From the sequence record OP123707.1: DNA of 64,000 nt; one strand, written 5' to 3'. The notes beneath the pieces were generated by a model. That model had not been told where the DNA came from, searched no databases, and saw nothing but the letters and a program-made list of their open reading frames with translations. The position numbers and the translations under genes are program-made. Position 1 is the first letter of the stretch; each line of letters begins with the position of its first letter. Positions 49,046-59,471 of this stretch are shown here, piece by piece.

Positions 49046-51148
49046 ATGAAAATCCATAAAATTGAAAACCAGATCTTACCAGAAGTCTGTAGTGTCGGTA
49101 TCAACCTCAGCGTTGCTCCGCATAACGTAGCTGCTGCTCGTAAGTACATGGCTGGTAATATGATTTCAAAGTCGTGCCGCGCCAAAGGCATTACTAACCG
49201 CCGCATTACCTCCGGCTTCGAACGTCAGTACGGTGACCACGTTCGTAAAATCGTCGCCCCATCGAACATGGAAGTCGAATTGGTGGTGTATCGTAAATCC
49301 ATCAACTCTAATGACAACCACACTGACGACTGGGGTTCTATTCACGTAGTGTACTTCGATGCAGACATGCAACGATATAATATCCTACACCTACCTAAGT
49401 ACCACACTCACAACTTCTACGTCGGATTTGAATACCAATACGACAAACAGATGTTGAACCGCCTTCGTAAAGGTGCAACGTATTCCAAAGGCGAAGTGTT
49501 CGCTAAATCACCGGGGATCAGTGACACCGGTGAATGGCAATTTGGTTTGGAAACCATGGTAGCGGGGATGACCTTACCAGCAACCGAAGAAGATGGCATC
49601 ATGGTACGGGACGATTACTTAGATCGTTTGACGGTGATGTTTGAACACGTTCGTAAGTTCAGCTGGAATGAAGCTGAATACATTCCAGTAAACCTGTACG
49701 GTACATTGGAAAATCCAAAGGCGTTCCCTGAGAACGGAGAGCGTGTACGTGATGATGGTCTGGTCATGGCCTTCCGTCGTCGTGATACACATTCCGCGTT
49801 AGTCTCATTAACGAAGAAAGCCTTAATGCGTCCTGACCGTCTCTATGACGTGAAGTTCTACGCACCTCCAGGTTCTGTAGTAAAGAACATCGAAGTGCGC
49901 TCTGAACGTCTTAAAGACCGTTCTAACAACCGTCGTGTAGAGAAACCAAGTTACCCTCACACCAAACTGCTGGAACAATACGAAACCGAAGACAACAACA
50001 TGTGGTACTCGTTGAAGTCGTGGTATTACCAGCAAACCAAACGTTACGGTAAACATGAAGAACTTCCTTTCACTCGTGAACTGAATGCCTTCATTTACCA
50101 AGCGTTCGGTAACGTGACCAAAGACTACGCATTGAACAAACCTAACTTCACTAAGCGCACCCACCGCAATAAGTCGTTGTTGGATTGGAACGTGAAAGTG
50201 ACGTTGAAAGAAGACGTGGCAGGTAAAGTTCGCTTCAAGCTGTCAGACTGTGTGGGTGGTAAAGGTGTTATTGTTAAAACCTTTAAGAAGGAAGATGCCC
50301 CAGTGGATGACTACGGTCGTTCTCCGGAGATCATCATTAACAACACACCAGCGTTCCGTCGTCAAATCTACGCGTCTTTGATGGAGGCTTCGATTAACTT
50401 CATTAACTTGAATGTGTTCGATGAAGTGATGAAGTTACGCAATGACGGGAAATACCGTGAAGCGTTTAAAGCTTTGATGACGTTCTACAAAACCACCTCA
50501 CCAGAATTCCACGACATTGTAAAGCGTGTCTCGGATGCCGATGAGAACTTCTTGTTTGACCACGTGGATTACATTAAGAAGGAAGGAATGATTTCCATCC
50601 AACGCCGTAGTGATTCAGAAGTGGTTGGGGTAGAAGTGATTCGTAGACTGTCGGAACAATACGGAGAGATGAAACCAACCTGCGTAACCTACACCAATGA
50701 ACTGGGTGAACGAGAGCGCACACTGGAGCCAGTAATCATCAGCTCCATGTACTATCTATTGCTGGATAAATTTGGAACGGAGATGTCTTCAGAGTCATTC
50801 CCGAAACGTAACCTGTACGGGTTACCTGCCAAATTGAACGCCAACGATAAATACAACAAATACTACCGCAGTAAGGTAGACCGTAATACAGGTGAAACCG
50901 AAGGCCGTATTGCGATCTCTCATGAAGGTGGTGAAGAAACAGCTCGTATGTTAACCTTAGCCAACTCACCAGAAGCAGCACGCATGGCAATCAAACGTAT
51001 TATCCGTAGCGATGACCCGTTTGCTGTACCAGAAGTTGTTAAGGTTTCTGAATACGGAACCAACCGCGCACTGCAACTGAGCATGAACATGTTAACTGAC
51101 GCTGGCTATGAATTAAGGACTGAAAATGAAAAAGATTACTCTGCGTGA
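49046..51148 (+). CDS. Non-virion RNAP beta C-terminal subunit (phiKZ gp71-73-like)
   Basis: EDGI, KLSDCVGGKGVI (beta region H/I equivalent) and GETEGR motifs. Confidence 0.85.
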   Translation: MKIHKIENQILPEVCSVGINLSVAPHNVAAARKYMAGNMISKSCRAKGITNRRITSGFERQYGDHVRKIVAPSNMEVELVVYRKSINSNDNHTDDWGSIHVVYFDADMQRYNILHLPKYHTHNFYVGFEYQYDKQMLNRLRKGATYSKGEVFAKSPGISDTGEWQFGLETMVAGMTLPATEEDGIMVRDDYLDRLTVMFEHVRKFSWNEAEYIPVNLYGTLENPKAFPENGERVRDDGLVMAFRRRDTHSALVSLTKKALMRPDRLYDVKFYAPPGSVVKNIEVRSERLKDRSNNRRVEKPSYPHTKLLEQYETEDNNMWYSLKSWYYQQTKRYGKHEELPFTRELNAFIYQAFGNVTKDYALNKPNFTKRTHRNKSLLDWNVKVTLKEDVAGKVRFKLSDCVGGKGVIVKTFKKEDAPVDDYGRSPEIIINNTPAFRRQIYASLMEASINFINLNVFDEVMKLRNDGKYREAFKALMTFYKTTSPEFHDIVKRVSDADENFLFDHVDYIKKEGMISIQRRSDSEVVGVEVIRRLSEQYGEMKPTCVTYTNELGERERTLEPVIISSMYYLLLDKFGTEMSSESFPKRNLYGLPAKLNANDKYNKYYRSKVDRNTGETEGRIAISHEGGEETARMLTLANSPEAARMAIKRIIRSDDPFAVPEVVKVSEYGTNRALQLSMNMLTDAGYELRTENEKDYSA

Positions 51149-53111
51149 ATTCGCTAACTTATCAGAACACGAAGTTATCGGGTGGCGGAAAGATCTGATT
51201 AAGGTGGAAGTTACTGATGATGCTGGAACACCACTCATCAGTAACACCTACGATTTGATCATGACGTGGTATGGATTGGAACTCCATCGTCGCTATGAAC
51301 ATCTGAAAATTCCTTACTCAGTAAAAGAGATCATTCATTGTAAGGTGTACAACGACGCCACTTTACAACGTCCACTTCAATACATGTTGGACATCTTGAT
51401 GGAACACGTCCACGACCCCGTGGAAGCCGATTTGATTAAACAAATCATTTATATTTGGCACTTCAAGATCAACAACATTCTGGTGTACCTCGGATCTCCT
51501 GGGGTGATCTCGGCAACCGCTGAAGACGTTATGGAAGTCTTTAACCATCCGAAGATTGCGGACATTCGTGAACGTCTTCGTAAAGGAGAACTAAACTACG
51601 ACGATGCGGAAGAGGAGTTTAAGCAAACCGTCCTGCACGAACCTACTTTGGACTTCTCAACGTTCATCGTCCAAGCTCGTACTGGTGCGGTATCCATTAA
51701 CCAAGGTTTCCAAACCTTCGTTTCTCGAGGAGCGTGTTTCGACCTGAACAACCGTATCATGCCAAACCCAATTGAACCGTCGTTTGCAGAAGGCATCACT
51801 AACCTAGCAGACATCCTAGCGGAATCGCGTTCAGCGGGTAAGGCTCTGGTATCGAACGGTAAAGCGCTGGAAGACTCGGAATGGTTCCACCGTAAGTTAC
51901 ACTTAACGGCATCGCCTGTTAAGGACATCGATCATTACCATGATTGCGGAACCGACACCACCATCCCGGTCGTGTTAAAGTCTAAAGCTTTGATGACGTC
52001 ACTCGTGGGTAAGTATTACGTCGATGAAAATCGTCAGATGTTCTTATTGACCCGTGAACGTTTGAAGGAGTTCAAGGTTGGGGATACCATCAATATTCGC
52101 AGTATGCAGTTCTGTCGTAACCACAAAGCACCTTGTTCAGTGTGTTACGGTCAGATGCGAATGTCGGTGCCTTACAATGTCATCATGCGTAAATCGGCCA
52201 ACCCAGGGATGCTGAGTGGGACGGCGGTAGCGGAACCTATTGGTCAGGGTATGCTGTCTACTAAGCACTTCATGCGTCACGTGCAAGCAGTGCCATTCGT
52301 GGTGATGATCGGGGATGAAGAATACATCCACACCGATGGGGATAATATCTTCCTGAAACCGGACATCATTAAATCCAATACCCGTATCCAGTTACCAGTG
52401 GGAATGATCAATGAGTTAACGGATTTGCGTTCAATGGAGAACTTAGATGAAATCCAAGACGATCAGTTGACTTGTTTCCCAACGCTAACATTGACTTACG
52501 AAATGGAAGACCCGATGTTACCAGGGACCAAGACGCAAACGACTGTCCACTTGGATACGCAGATCAGTTCGCGTCAAGCAAGAATGTCCTCGGAGTTCAT
52601 CGAATACACCATTAAGAAAGGATGGGAGAAAACGAAGAAGTACATCGAAATCGACATCACGGATTTTGATCACACCGATGCGTTGTTGACCCTACCTTAT
52701 GTGTATGAGGACTTGGATAAATACCGCAGTGAGATCGAATCGTTCTTGGCACTGTCTCGTCGTAATAAAGCGTGGCGTGATACTCCAGTGACTCCAGAGT
52801 TCTTTGGTCAAATCATGACGGATTTCTGGATGTTGATTGACCGTAAGTTCAAAAACATCAACATGATTCATATCGAAACACTCCTTCATGCTACGACTGC
52901 CGTAGCGCCACACGAGGGATTGTATAGATTGCCGGTGGGGGATGAGCCCCGGTTCTTTATCCCATTTAAGAATGCGATTGAGAACCGAGGATTCGGTAGC
53001 TTGATGATCTACCAAGGTCAACCTAAAGTTATGGAATCCCCTTCAACGTTTTACGTAAAAGAGCGTCAAGCAACGGCAATGGAGTGTTTCTTTACTAACT
53101 CTGTTAACTAG
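51126..53111 (+). CDS. Non-virion RNAP beta' C-terminal subunit (phiKZ gp74-like)
   Basis: DCGT, CSVCYG and EPIGQGMLSTKH (trigger-loop region) motifs. Confidence 0.85.
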   Translation: MKKITLREFANLSEHEVIGWRKDLIKVEVTDDAGTPLISNTYDLIMTWYGLELHRRYEHLKIPYSVKEIIHCKVYNDATLQRPLQYMLDILMEHVHDPVEADLIKQIIYIWHFKINNILVYLGSPGVISATAEDVMEVFNHPKIADIRERLRKGELNYDDAEEEFKQTVLHEPTLDFSTFIVQARTGAVSINQGFQTFVSRGACFDLNNRIMPNPIEPSFAEGITNLADILAESRSAGKALVSNGKALEDSEWFHRKLHLTASPVKDIDHYHDCGTDTTIPVVLKSKALMTSLVGKYYVDENRQMFLLTRERLKEFKVGDTINIRSMQFCRNHKAPCSVCYGQMRMSVPYNVIMRKSANPGMLSGTAVAEPIGQGMLSTKHFMRHVQAVPFVVMIGDEEYIHTDGDNIFLKPDIIKSNTRIQLPVGMINELTDLRSMENLDEIQDDQLTCFPTLTLTYEMEDPMLPGTKTQTTVHLDTQISSRQARMSSEFIEYTIKKGWEKTKKYIEIDITDFDHTDALLTLPYVYEDLDKYRSEIESFLALSRRNKAWRDTPVTPEFFGQIMTDFWMLIDRKFKNINMIHIETLLHATTAVAPHEGLYRLPVGDEPRFFIPFKNAIENRGFGSLMIYQGQPKVMESPSTFYVKERQATAMECFFTNSVN

Positions 53112-53119
53112 GAGGCTAC

Positions 53120-55246
53120 ATGCGCTCAACCGTAACGGTATGGAAGGGCGGGACTTACCTAAGAATAACAGACTACAAAGCGCCGTTCGTGCAAGATGTC
53201 ATTATGCCGTTTTGCCGACGTCGCTTGTATCGTTTAGGAAAGGTACCTATCCCTGGTACTCGACAGAAACGAACCGTAGTCACGCATTCTTTTGCTCGCA
53301 TGAATAACGACCGTAGTGAATTCCGTATCTCAGCGGGCTTATTAGAAGACTTCATCCAATTCATGGAAGGCGTTGGATATAAAGAAGCTCGCGTGAAGAT
53401 TAAAGATGAACCGGTCATTAAAGGGAAAGACGTAGAGTTCAAGTGGAGAGAAGGCTGGGGTGTACTCAGGGAGCACCAGGTTGATTGGTGTGAGTATCAG
53501 CTGCAAGACGGCCCAGTTAAGGTAAACAACGCCCAGACGGGCCAAGGCAAGGCCCAGCCACTGTATTCCAAAGTCTTAACACCTTCAGGTTTTGTTAAGA
53601 TGGGGGACATTCGGTTGGGTGATAAAGTCATCGCTAAAGATGGAACTCTGTCTACCGTTACCGGCGTTTATCCTCAAGGGTTGAAAGCCATTCATCAAGT
53701 GTTGTTATCTGATGACCGTATGATTGAATGTGCCGACGAACACTTGTGGACCGTTTACCATAATGACGAATGGAAGACGTTACAAACTCAAGAGATACGT
53801 GAAACCCTCCGTAAAGGAGAACGTTATTACTTACCTCTATTTACAGGTAATCCGATTTGCCAAGCACAAGTCGATCGCATCACATCGAAACCGACTTATG
53901 AGGAACGTTCTGAATCATTCGAACATCTGATTAAGATTCGTGATCTATTTCACGCCGCAGGTGGTACTGCCTCCGTTCGACGAGATCATGGGAGCTGGTT
54001 ATTGAAAGCTACCCGATACACCAAAGATCCTAAAGCGTTAGAGATCGTGGACATCACGATCAAAGGCAAAACGGAGATGCAGTGTATTGAGATTGATCAC
54101 CCTGAACACCTCTACGTCACTGATCGTTATGTGGTAACGCATAACACCTTCATGGCGACTCACACCATGGTGAATACTGGCAAGCGTACGTTGATTACGT
54201 GTTTGCCTCGTTACACCTCTATCTGGTTCGAGTCATTGGGGAACTCTGTTGAACTGAACCCAGAAGACATCATGTTAGTGGGGAACGGAAAGATCGAAGA
54301 AGCCGCAGAGACCATTAAGTCTGGTCGAGCTGACCCTAAGATCATCATCCTTCCCCTCACTCGTTACGATACGTATCTGAAACGAGAACGTGAAGAAGAC
54401 ATTCCTTGTTTGGATGACGTCTTCAGTGACATGGAGATCGGACTCCGCATCATGGATGAAGCGCACGAAGATATTTATCGTGTGTACATGTCCATGTTGT
54501 TCGGCAACTTTGAGAAAACCATCGCATTGTCCGCTACCTTAAAAGCAGACGACCCGTTCGTGAATGACATCTATCGTTATGTCTATCCGTTCAAGATGCG
54601 ACTCAAAGAACCAGAGTACACCAAGTACATCGACGTTGTTGCGTATCATCATTACATCGATATGCAGAAATACCGAATCAACACCAAAGGCTTTGGTGGG
54701 TATTCTCACGTCAAGTACGAACAAGCCATCATGAAGACCCCTAAACTCTATCAGCAGTATTTAGAGTTGTGTAAACAAGCCTTCGAAGAATTCTACGTGA
54801 GTGATCATAAAGAAGGACAGAAGTGTTTGTGGTTCTTCAGCACGGTGGAAATGGCGACCCGGATGAAAGAGGACTTCGAGAAAATGTATCCAGACATGGA
54901 TATCTGGAAGTTCACCAACGCCGAGTCGAAGAACAAAGAGACCGAGATGTCGTACATGGAACACCAAGTCGTCTTTACTACTCCGCAGTCTTGTGGTACC
55001 GGTAAGGACATCCCAGACTTAGCGGTGGCGTTCAGTCCATACGCGTGTTCCTCTCGTCAACGTAACGACCAGATGTTAGGTCGTACCCGTCCATTGAAGA
55101 ACTACCCGGGTGATGATCCGAAGTTCGTCTACTTTGTGTGTACCTCGATCCCTAAACAGAAAGAGTACCACCAGAAACGGAAAGAGTTGTTTGCGGTGAA
55201 ATCCAAGTCGCATAAGAACATCAACTCGTTCCACCACATTGTTTAA
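53120..55246 (+). CDS. SF2 DEAH helicase (phiKZ gp75-like), intein-containing
   Basis: TGQGK|T Walker A, MDEAH, LSAT and QMLGRTR motifs. Confidence 0.9.
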   Translation: MRSTVTVWKGGTYLRITDYKAPFVQDVIMPFCRRRLYRLGKVPIPGTRQKRTVVTHSFARMNNDRSEFRISAGLLEDFIQFMEGVGYKEARVKIKDEPVIKGKDVEFKWREGWGVLREHQVDWCEYQLQDGPVKVNNAQTGQGKAQPLYSKVLTPSGFVKMGDIRLGDKVIAKDGTLSTVTGVYPQGLKAIHQVLLSDDRMIECADEHLWTVYHNDEWKTLQTQEIRETLRKGERYYLPLFTGNPICQAQVDRITSKPTYEERSESFEHLIKIRDLFHAAGGTASVRRDHGSWLLKATRYTKDPKALEIVDITIKGKTEMQCIEIDHPEHLYVTDRYVVTHNTFMATHTMVNTGKRTLITCLPRYTSIWFESLGNSVELNPEDIMLVGNGKIEEAAETIKSGRADPKIIILPLTRYDTYLKREREEDIPCLDDVFSDMEIGLRIMDEAHEDIYRVYMSMLFGNFEKTIALSATLKADDPFVNDIYRYVYPFKMRLKEPEYTKYIDVVAYHHYIDMQKYRINTKGFGGYSHVKYEQAIMKTPKLYQQYLELCKQAFEEFYVSDHKEGQKCLWFFSTVEMATRMKEDFEKMYPDMDIWKFTNAESKNKETEMSYMEHQVVFTTPQSCGTGKDIPDLAVAFSPYACSSRQRNDQMLGRTRPLKNYPGDDPKFVYFVCTSIPKQKEYHQKRKELFAVKSKSHKNINSFHHIV
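53552..54145 (+). mobile_element. Class 3 mini-intein (198 aa) with an endonuclease remnant
   Basis: Starts AQPLYSKVLTPSG, block B EHLWTV, block F QCIEI, ends VTHN/T. Confidence 0.9.
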
Positions 55247-55273
55247 ACCCCTAAAAATATCGGTCTGAATTTA

Positions 55274-55298
55274 TTTCAGACCGATATTATCTAAGTGT
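55274..55298 (+). promoter_or_regulatory. Phage early-promoter-like motif, copy 6
   Basis: TTTCAGACCGATATTATCTAAGTGT. Confidence 0.6.
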
Positions 55299-55321
55299 AT
55301 TGTCATAACAGGATTTAAATC

Positions 55322-55675
55322 ATGAGTGAAGAAACCCGTATCACCTTAAACATTACCATCAATCCAACGTACTATTCATTGTTTAAAGATGAAGAGTGCT
55401 TGAAGTATCTCTCCAATGCTCTCCTAACGTCCTACAAACGTGAAGACGAACATTTTGAACATCAACCTTTTGATGAATGGAAAACTGAACTCCTAGATGA
55501 TTTGGCGAAGCTTTTGATCACCGAAGACGAAGGACGTACGTTCTTAGAACAAGTGGCGTTCAATTTAAAGAACGGTTACACGCTTGATCAATTAACCACC
55601 AAGCAAACCCTCATACACATGGTGTTCCTTAAGACACAGGATGAGGACCATGGACCACTCAACATTACTGGATAA
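55322..55675 (+). CDS. Hypothetical protein
   Basis: SD AGGA, 117 aa. Confidence 0.6.
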   Translation: MSEETRITLNITINPTYYSLFKDEECLKYLSNALLTSYKREDEHFEHQPFDEWKTELLDDLAKLLITEDEGRTFLEQVAFNLKNGYTLDQLTTKQTLIHMVFLKTQDEDHGPLNITG

Positions 55676-56078
55676 ACCACTAAACGTTTACATCAATGTC
55701 CACAATCAATGGGGATACCCAGAAGACGCCTTTACCGTAGTCATGGAACACCTCGTTGATTATCTGGTTGCGGGTAAAGTTACCCCGGATGAATGCATGG
55801 ATGGATTGCATCATTTGGTGGATTACTTTCTGGCAGACGATTACAACCCTAAGTACCACACCGAGTTGTCTGATTACCAAATCATGACAGACATTGAAAA
55901 CCGTTTCTTCGAGTTAATGGAAAGTTCTAAATCCTTACTGCGAGAACTATTCATTGATTACCCTGAACTCAGAACCATGTACCTTCATAACGTCCAAGAC
56001 GCTAGAATTGTGACCATGAGTTCTGAATGGGCTCTTTTGGAAGTTACAGGTTTGCCCGCCGTAGCGAGGTTATTATGA
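55641..56078 (+). CDS. Hypothetical protein
   Basis: Overlapping operon ORF. Confidence 0.6.
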   Translation: MRTMDHSTLLDKPLNVYINVHNQWGYPEDAFTVVMEHLVDYLVAGKVTPDECMDGLHHLVDYFLADDYNPKYHTELSDYQIMTDIENRFFELMESSKSLLRELFIDYPELRTMYLHNVQDARIVTMSSEWALLEVTGLPAVARLL

Positions 56079-56515
56079 ATAATGAAACTCCCCCGGCTCA
56101 TTTCGTCACTGTCATATTCAGTCACCTCTTGCCGGAAAACGAATACGTCTCTCACGAAATGTATGAGCGTGCGTTAGCCATATTACTCACCGACATCTTT
56201 ATGTTTGGTTCGTATCAACCCACCATCATCGCCAAGTCGGTTGAAACCGTCATGAACGAGATAGAGGGTCAAGATGATTTCGTTACCTACACTTACGCTT
56301 ACGACCAAGTGTACGGTGATCTCGGGTCTTTCTTGGAAGATGTCTTGTACAGCCCCATTAATGCAGAACCTCTCTCGTCTTTGATGTCCCTTCACGGGAC
56401 CGGAGACGTATACGCAATTCAACATTGCAGTTTCAATACAAGCATTATATTGTTAGTAACACCACAACCTGCGAGAAAGTTCGCACACCTCATTGTTCCT
56501 AACAAAGACCAATAG
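56075..56515 (+). CDS. Hypothetical protein
   Basis: SD GAGG before ATG 56075; 4-nt overlap. Confidence 0.6.
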   Translation: MNNETPPAHFVTVIFSHLLPENEYVSHEMYERALAILLTDIFMFGSYQPTIIAKSVETVMNEIEGQDDFVTYTYAYDQVYGDLGSFLEDVLYSPINAEPLSSLMSLHGTGDVYAIQHCSFNTSIILLVTPQPARKFAHLIVPNKDQ

Positions 56516-56549
56516 CAAAAAATCTAAAACATCATTAAGGATAAACATC

Positions 56550-57002
56550 ATGCAATTCAATCTAATCTCAAAAGCTCCAGAAACAATCGCTAAAGCGGAC
56601 GCTCTATTGGTACCAGCAACTCAAACGGGTTTCTATCATTTGGTGTTGGAAGAATTAGCAGCAGCTAAGCGTGTTGAGCTAGTGGGTGATGAAAAGGCCG
56701 CAGCTGCGACTGGTGAAGATGAGTCACCGGATGAATTAGAAACACACCGTAAGATCACTCAATTAGCGGAACTGACCATTGGTGAGTGTCCTGAGGACCG
56801 TACGGAAGAAGAACACGAATCAATGACTGATATTCTAGTGGTCAGCTTTATGGAACACCTAGAAGCGGTTACTTCAGGTTTCTTCTGGAATGAAGCCAAC
56901 AGTGATCAACTGAACGTTCTAGCGGACGTGGATTGGTCTCAACCTAAAGACCTAACTTGGACCACATCTGAGAATGGTGGCTTTGTCTTTGTTCTAGCAT
57001 AA
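56550..57002 (+). CDS. Hypothetical acidic protein
   Basis: SD AAGGA before ATG 56550. Confidence 0.6.
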   Translation: MQFNLISKAPETIAKADALLVPATQTGFYHLVLEELAAAKRVELVGDEKAAAATGEDESPDELETHRKITQLAELTIGECPEDRTEEEHESMTDILVVSFMEHLEAVTSGFFWNEANSDQLNVLADVDWSQPKDLTWTTSENGGFVFVLA

Positions 57003-57019
57003 TAAAAGTAAAAGCAAAT

Positions 57020-57052
57020 ATAACTCCGTACTCTTAGCGAGTACGGAGTTAT
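57020..57052. terminator. Bidirectional terminator
   Basis: 14-bp stem ATAACTCCGTACTC/GAGTACGGAGTTAT. Confidence 0.75.
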
Positions 57053-57239
57053 TACTGTTCTTTATTTTTTTTTTCATGATGGAGAAAAAAGAAGGGGAGA
57101 AGTAGCGACTCCCCTAATAGGTCTAGCCCAAAATGGAACTAAACAAGCCATCAGAAAGGACATTAAAAAATGCCATATAATGGGAAGACCTATATGAGTA
57201 AACCCCGTTAGGGTTTCATAGAGGGGTCACTAACAATGT

Positions 57240-58541
57240 TTATTCAAACAATTCGGCCAATGTGTAGTTCTTAACGGACATGCCCGAAACATGCATCCCC
57301 TTCATTCTTTGAAGCATGAAGTTGGTGGCGATGTCGGAACATTCCATGGAGACTGCATCAGTAGACGAACCCAGGCCTTCACCCAGACACACCTTACAGA
57401 AGTTCCCTTCTTTGGTCCCACAAACGTTCGGGGTACGCATCTTAATAACCTTACCTGCAAGATGTTGTTCGTTCCCTTCCCAACGTTGGAGTTTACCGGA
57501 ATCGGTCATGTAATTACATCCACTCCACATTCCCACTTGATCTGGTGTCATGTAGACTTCTTCAAACAACGTCGTCTTACAATCTTCCTCACCAACCTGA
57601 ACACGGGACGTCAAGCGCTGGATGTCTTTAACCGCCGCACCACCTTCACCCGTTGCTTTACCACGGTCGTAAGAACCTGCAATCGCCGTGTTGATGTAGT
57701 TGTGGAGTTCATTCACATCCCAACCATCATCCAGTGACTTATGTAGGAAGCGGTATTCCCCGGTGTTCCAGTCTTGTTCCACACCAAAGGCGATGAACAT
57801 ACGTTTCCTGGCGTTATCGATGAACTTCTTGTTGATAAAGAAATCCTTCGATGGACCATTCAGCTGTATCTCCATGTCTTTGGCAACCAGCTGGTCGATG
57901 ATCCACGATGCCTTGATTGGGTCCGTTAACGCATCTGGGTTTTCTTTTAAGAGTTGAGCTTTGTACTCTAGTAGTGCCGGGTCTACCGTCAGAGCCGAGG
58001 TTGATGCAGCTTTACAGAAGACGTTGTTCATCCCCATGAGGTAATTAAACTGACGAGTGATCTTTAAACACTCATCCACGCTCGCTTTACCTTCTGGAAG
58101 TTCTTCACCGTCTGCCGGGTTATCCACCATCAAGCTCTTGATCACCCCTTTAACGTAACCGCCGTTCATTTGACGGTTGTTGTATGGAGTACGGTCCTGA
58201 ACCGCTTCGTAGAACGCACAACGGTTCACCAGAAGAATCCCTAGGGTGGTTTCTAATGGTTCTTTAACCCGTGGGTCGAAATCTTGATCAATGGTGATGC
58301 GTTCGTCTTTATAAACAAACGGCTGACTCAGATCTCCTTCTACGTACGTACGTTCATCAGAGTTGTTGTAATAGAAAAAGAACCCATCTCCATCTCGATG
58401 TAACGCGTACATCGTTTTACGTAACGTCTGGTTTGTTTCTTCGGTATCAGCCAGCTTAGTAAAGACGCTTAATAACCAAGCTTTTTTCTGATAACAACGA
58501 GCACGGAAACAGAGCCTAAGATACTCTTGTTTCGTCATCAT
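57240..58541 (-). CDS. Virion RNAP beta' C-terminal subunit (phiKZ gp80-like)
   Basis: EDCKT, CKVCLG and LQRMKGMH motifs. SD AAGGAG before ATG 58541. Confidence 0.8.
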   Translation of the reverse strand: MMTKQEYLRLCFRARCYQKKAWLLSVFTKLADTEETNQTLRKTMYALHRDGDGFFFYYNNSDERTYVEGDLSQPFVYKDERITIDQDFDPRVKEPLETTLGILLVNRCAFYEAVQDRTPYNNRQMNGGYVKGVIKSLMVDNPADGEELPEGKASVDECLKITRQFNYLMGMNNVFCKAASTSALTVDPALLEYKAQLLKENPDALTDPIKASWIIDQLVAKDMEIQLNGPSKDFFINKKFIDNARKRMFIAFGVEQDWNTGEYRFLHKSLDDGWDVNELHNYINTAIAGSYDRGKATGEGGAAVKDIQRLTSRVQVGEEDCKTTLFEEVYMTPDQVGMWSGCNYMTDSGKLQRWEGNEQHLAGKVIKMRTPNVCGTKEGNFCKVCLGEGLGSSTDAVSMECSDIATNFMLQRMKGMHVSGMSVKNYTLAELFE

Positions 58542-59442
58542 GAGTAGTGCCTCCTTCAAGGTTAATCTCTTCTGCCACTTTTTCTGCACGGTAGATCAAG
58601 GTTACGTCTTCGATGTTTTCTTCGATGACTTGTTTGATCTGGTCCCAGAATCGATCATTCGGAGTCTCACTAATTAAAGAGAAACCAAACAGTTCTTTCA
58701 CATAGTGTTCCGAAGAGTTGGCCATGATCGACGCCAGTTCCAAATGGTAGAAGCTCAATAGCGTTAGGAAGCCCATACCAACGGTACCATTATTACGAAC
58801 GTGTTTGCCCGCCAAGGTCCCATTTAAAAAGCTGACGTTGGCTCGGATGCGTTTTACCACGAATTCCGGGGTATCGGGAATACCATCTGAAATGATCAGG
58901 CTGATACGCAGCGTTTCCATCAAGTACTCGGAACACTCTAAGATCAAGTAACCCAGATCGTCCATGATGGGGGCGGTCGGTTCATGATCGTACAACTTAC
59001 GGAACACTTCAATGAAACGATCCTTTGGAGAAAGTTCGCTTAACTCCAATACTTCACTCAGACCTTGAAGATCCTCGTAACCATTCAATAAGTAAATGAC
59101 GTCCAACGCTTGATACAGCGTGTCCAGTTTATTGGCTTCAACGTGATCCAAGTCAATTGTGATGCCAAACTTAACTAGCTGTTCAATTATATTGTTTAGC
59201 AGCAGCTCCAGGATAATTGCTTTCTGTTCTATAGCTGCGGTGTCATCATCCGCGAGGATATTAGCGATGTTACTCACTAACACGTTTTCCTCATCCGCGA
59301 TGGTCAGCAGTGTATAGACGCGTTCAATCAAGTCTCGGGTTTCTGGTGTTAGCCATGCACCGAAATTGATCCACGGTTGACCCAAGTCTTTTGTTAGTAA
59401 CTCCACATTGGTTAAATCCAATGCAGGTAAAGAATCATTCAT
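58516..59442 (-). CDS. Conserved protein, probably virion-associated
   Basis: 308 aa, co-oriented and overlapping with the virion RNAP gene. Confidence 0.5.
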   Translation of the reverse strand: MNDSLPALDLTNVELLTKDLGQPWINFGAWLTPETRDLIERVYTLLTIADEENVLVSNIANILADDDTAAIEQKAIILELLLNNIIEQLVKFGITIDLDHVEANKLDTLYQALDVIYLLNGYEDLQGLSEVLELSELSPKDRFIEVFRKLYDHEPTAPIMDDLGYLILECSEYLMETLRISLIISDGIPDTPEFVVKRIRANVSFLNGTLAGKHVRNNGTVGMGFLTLLSFYHLELASIMANSSEHYVKELFGFSLISETPNDRFWDQIKQVIEENIEDVTLIYRAEKVAEEINLEGGTTHDDETRVS

Positions 59443-59471
59443 AAAAACCTCTTAATCAGAAGGAACATAAA

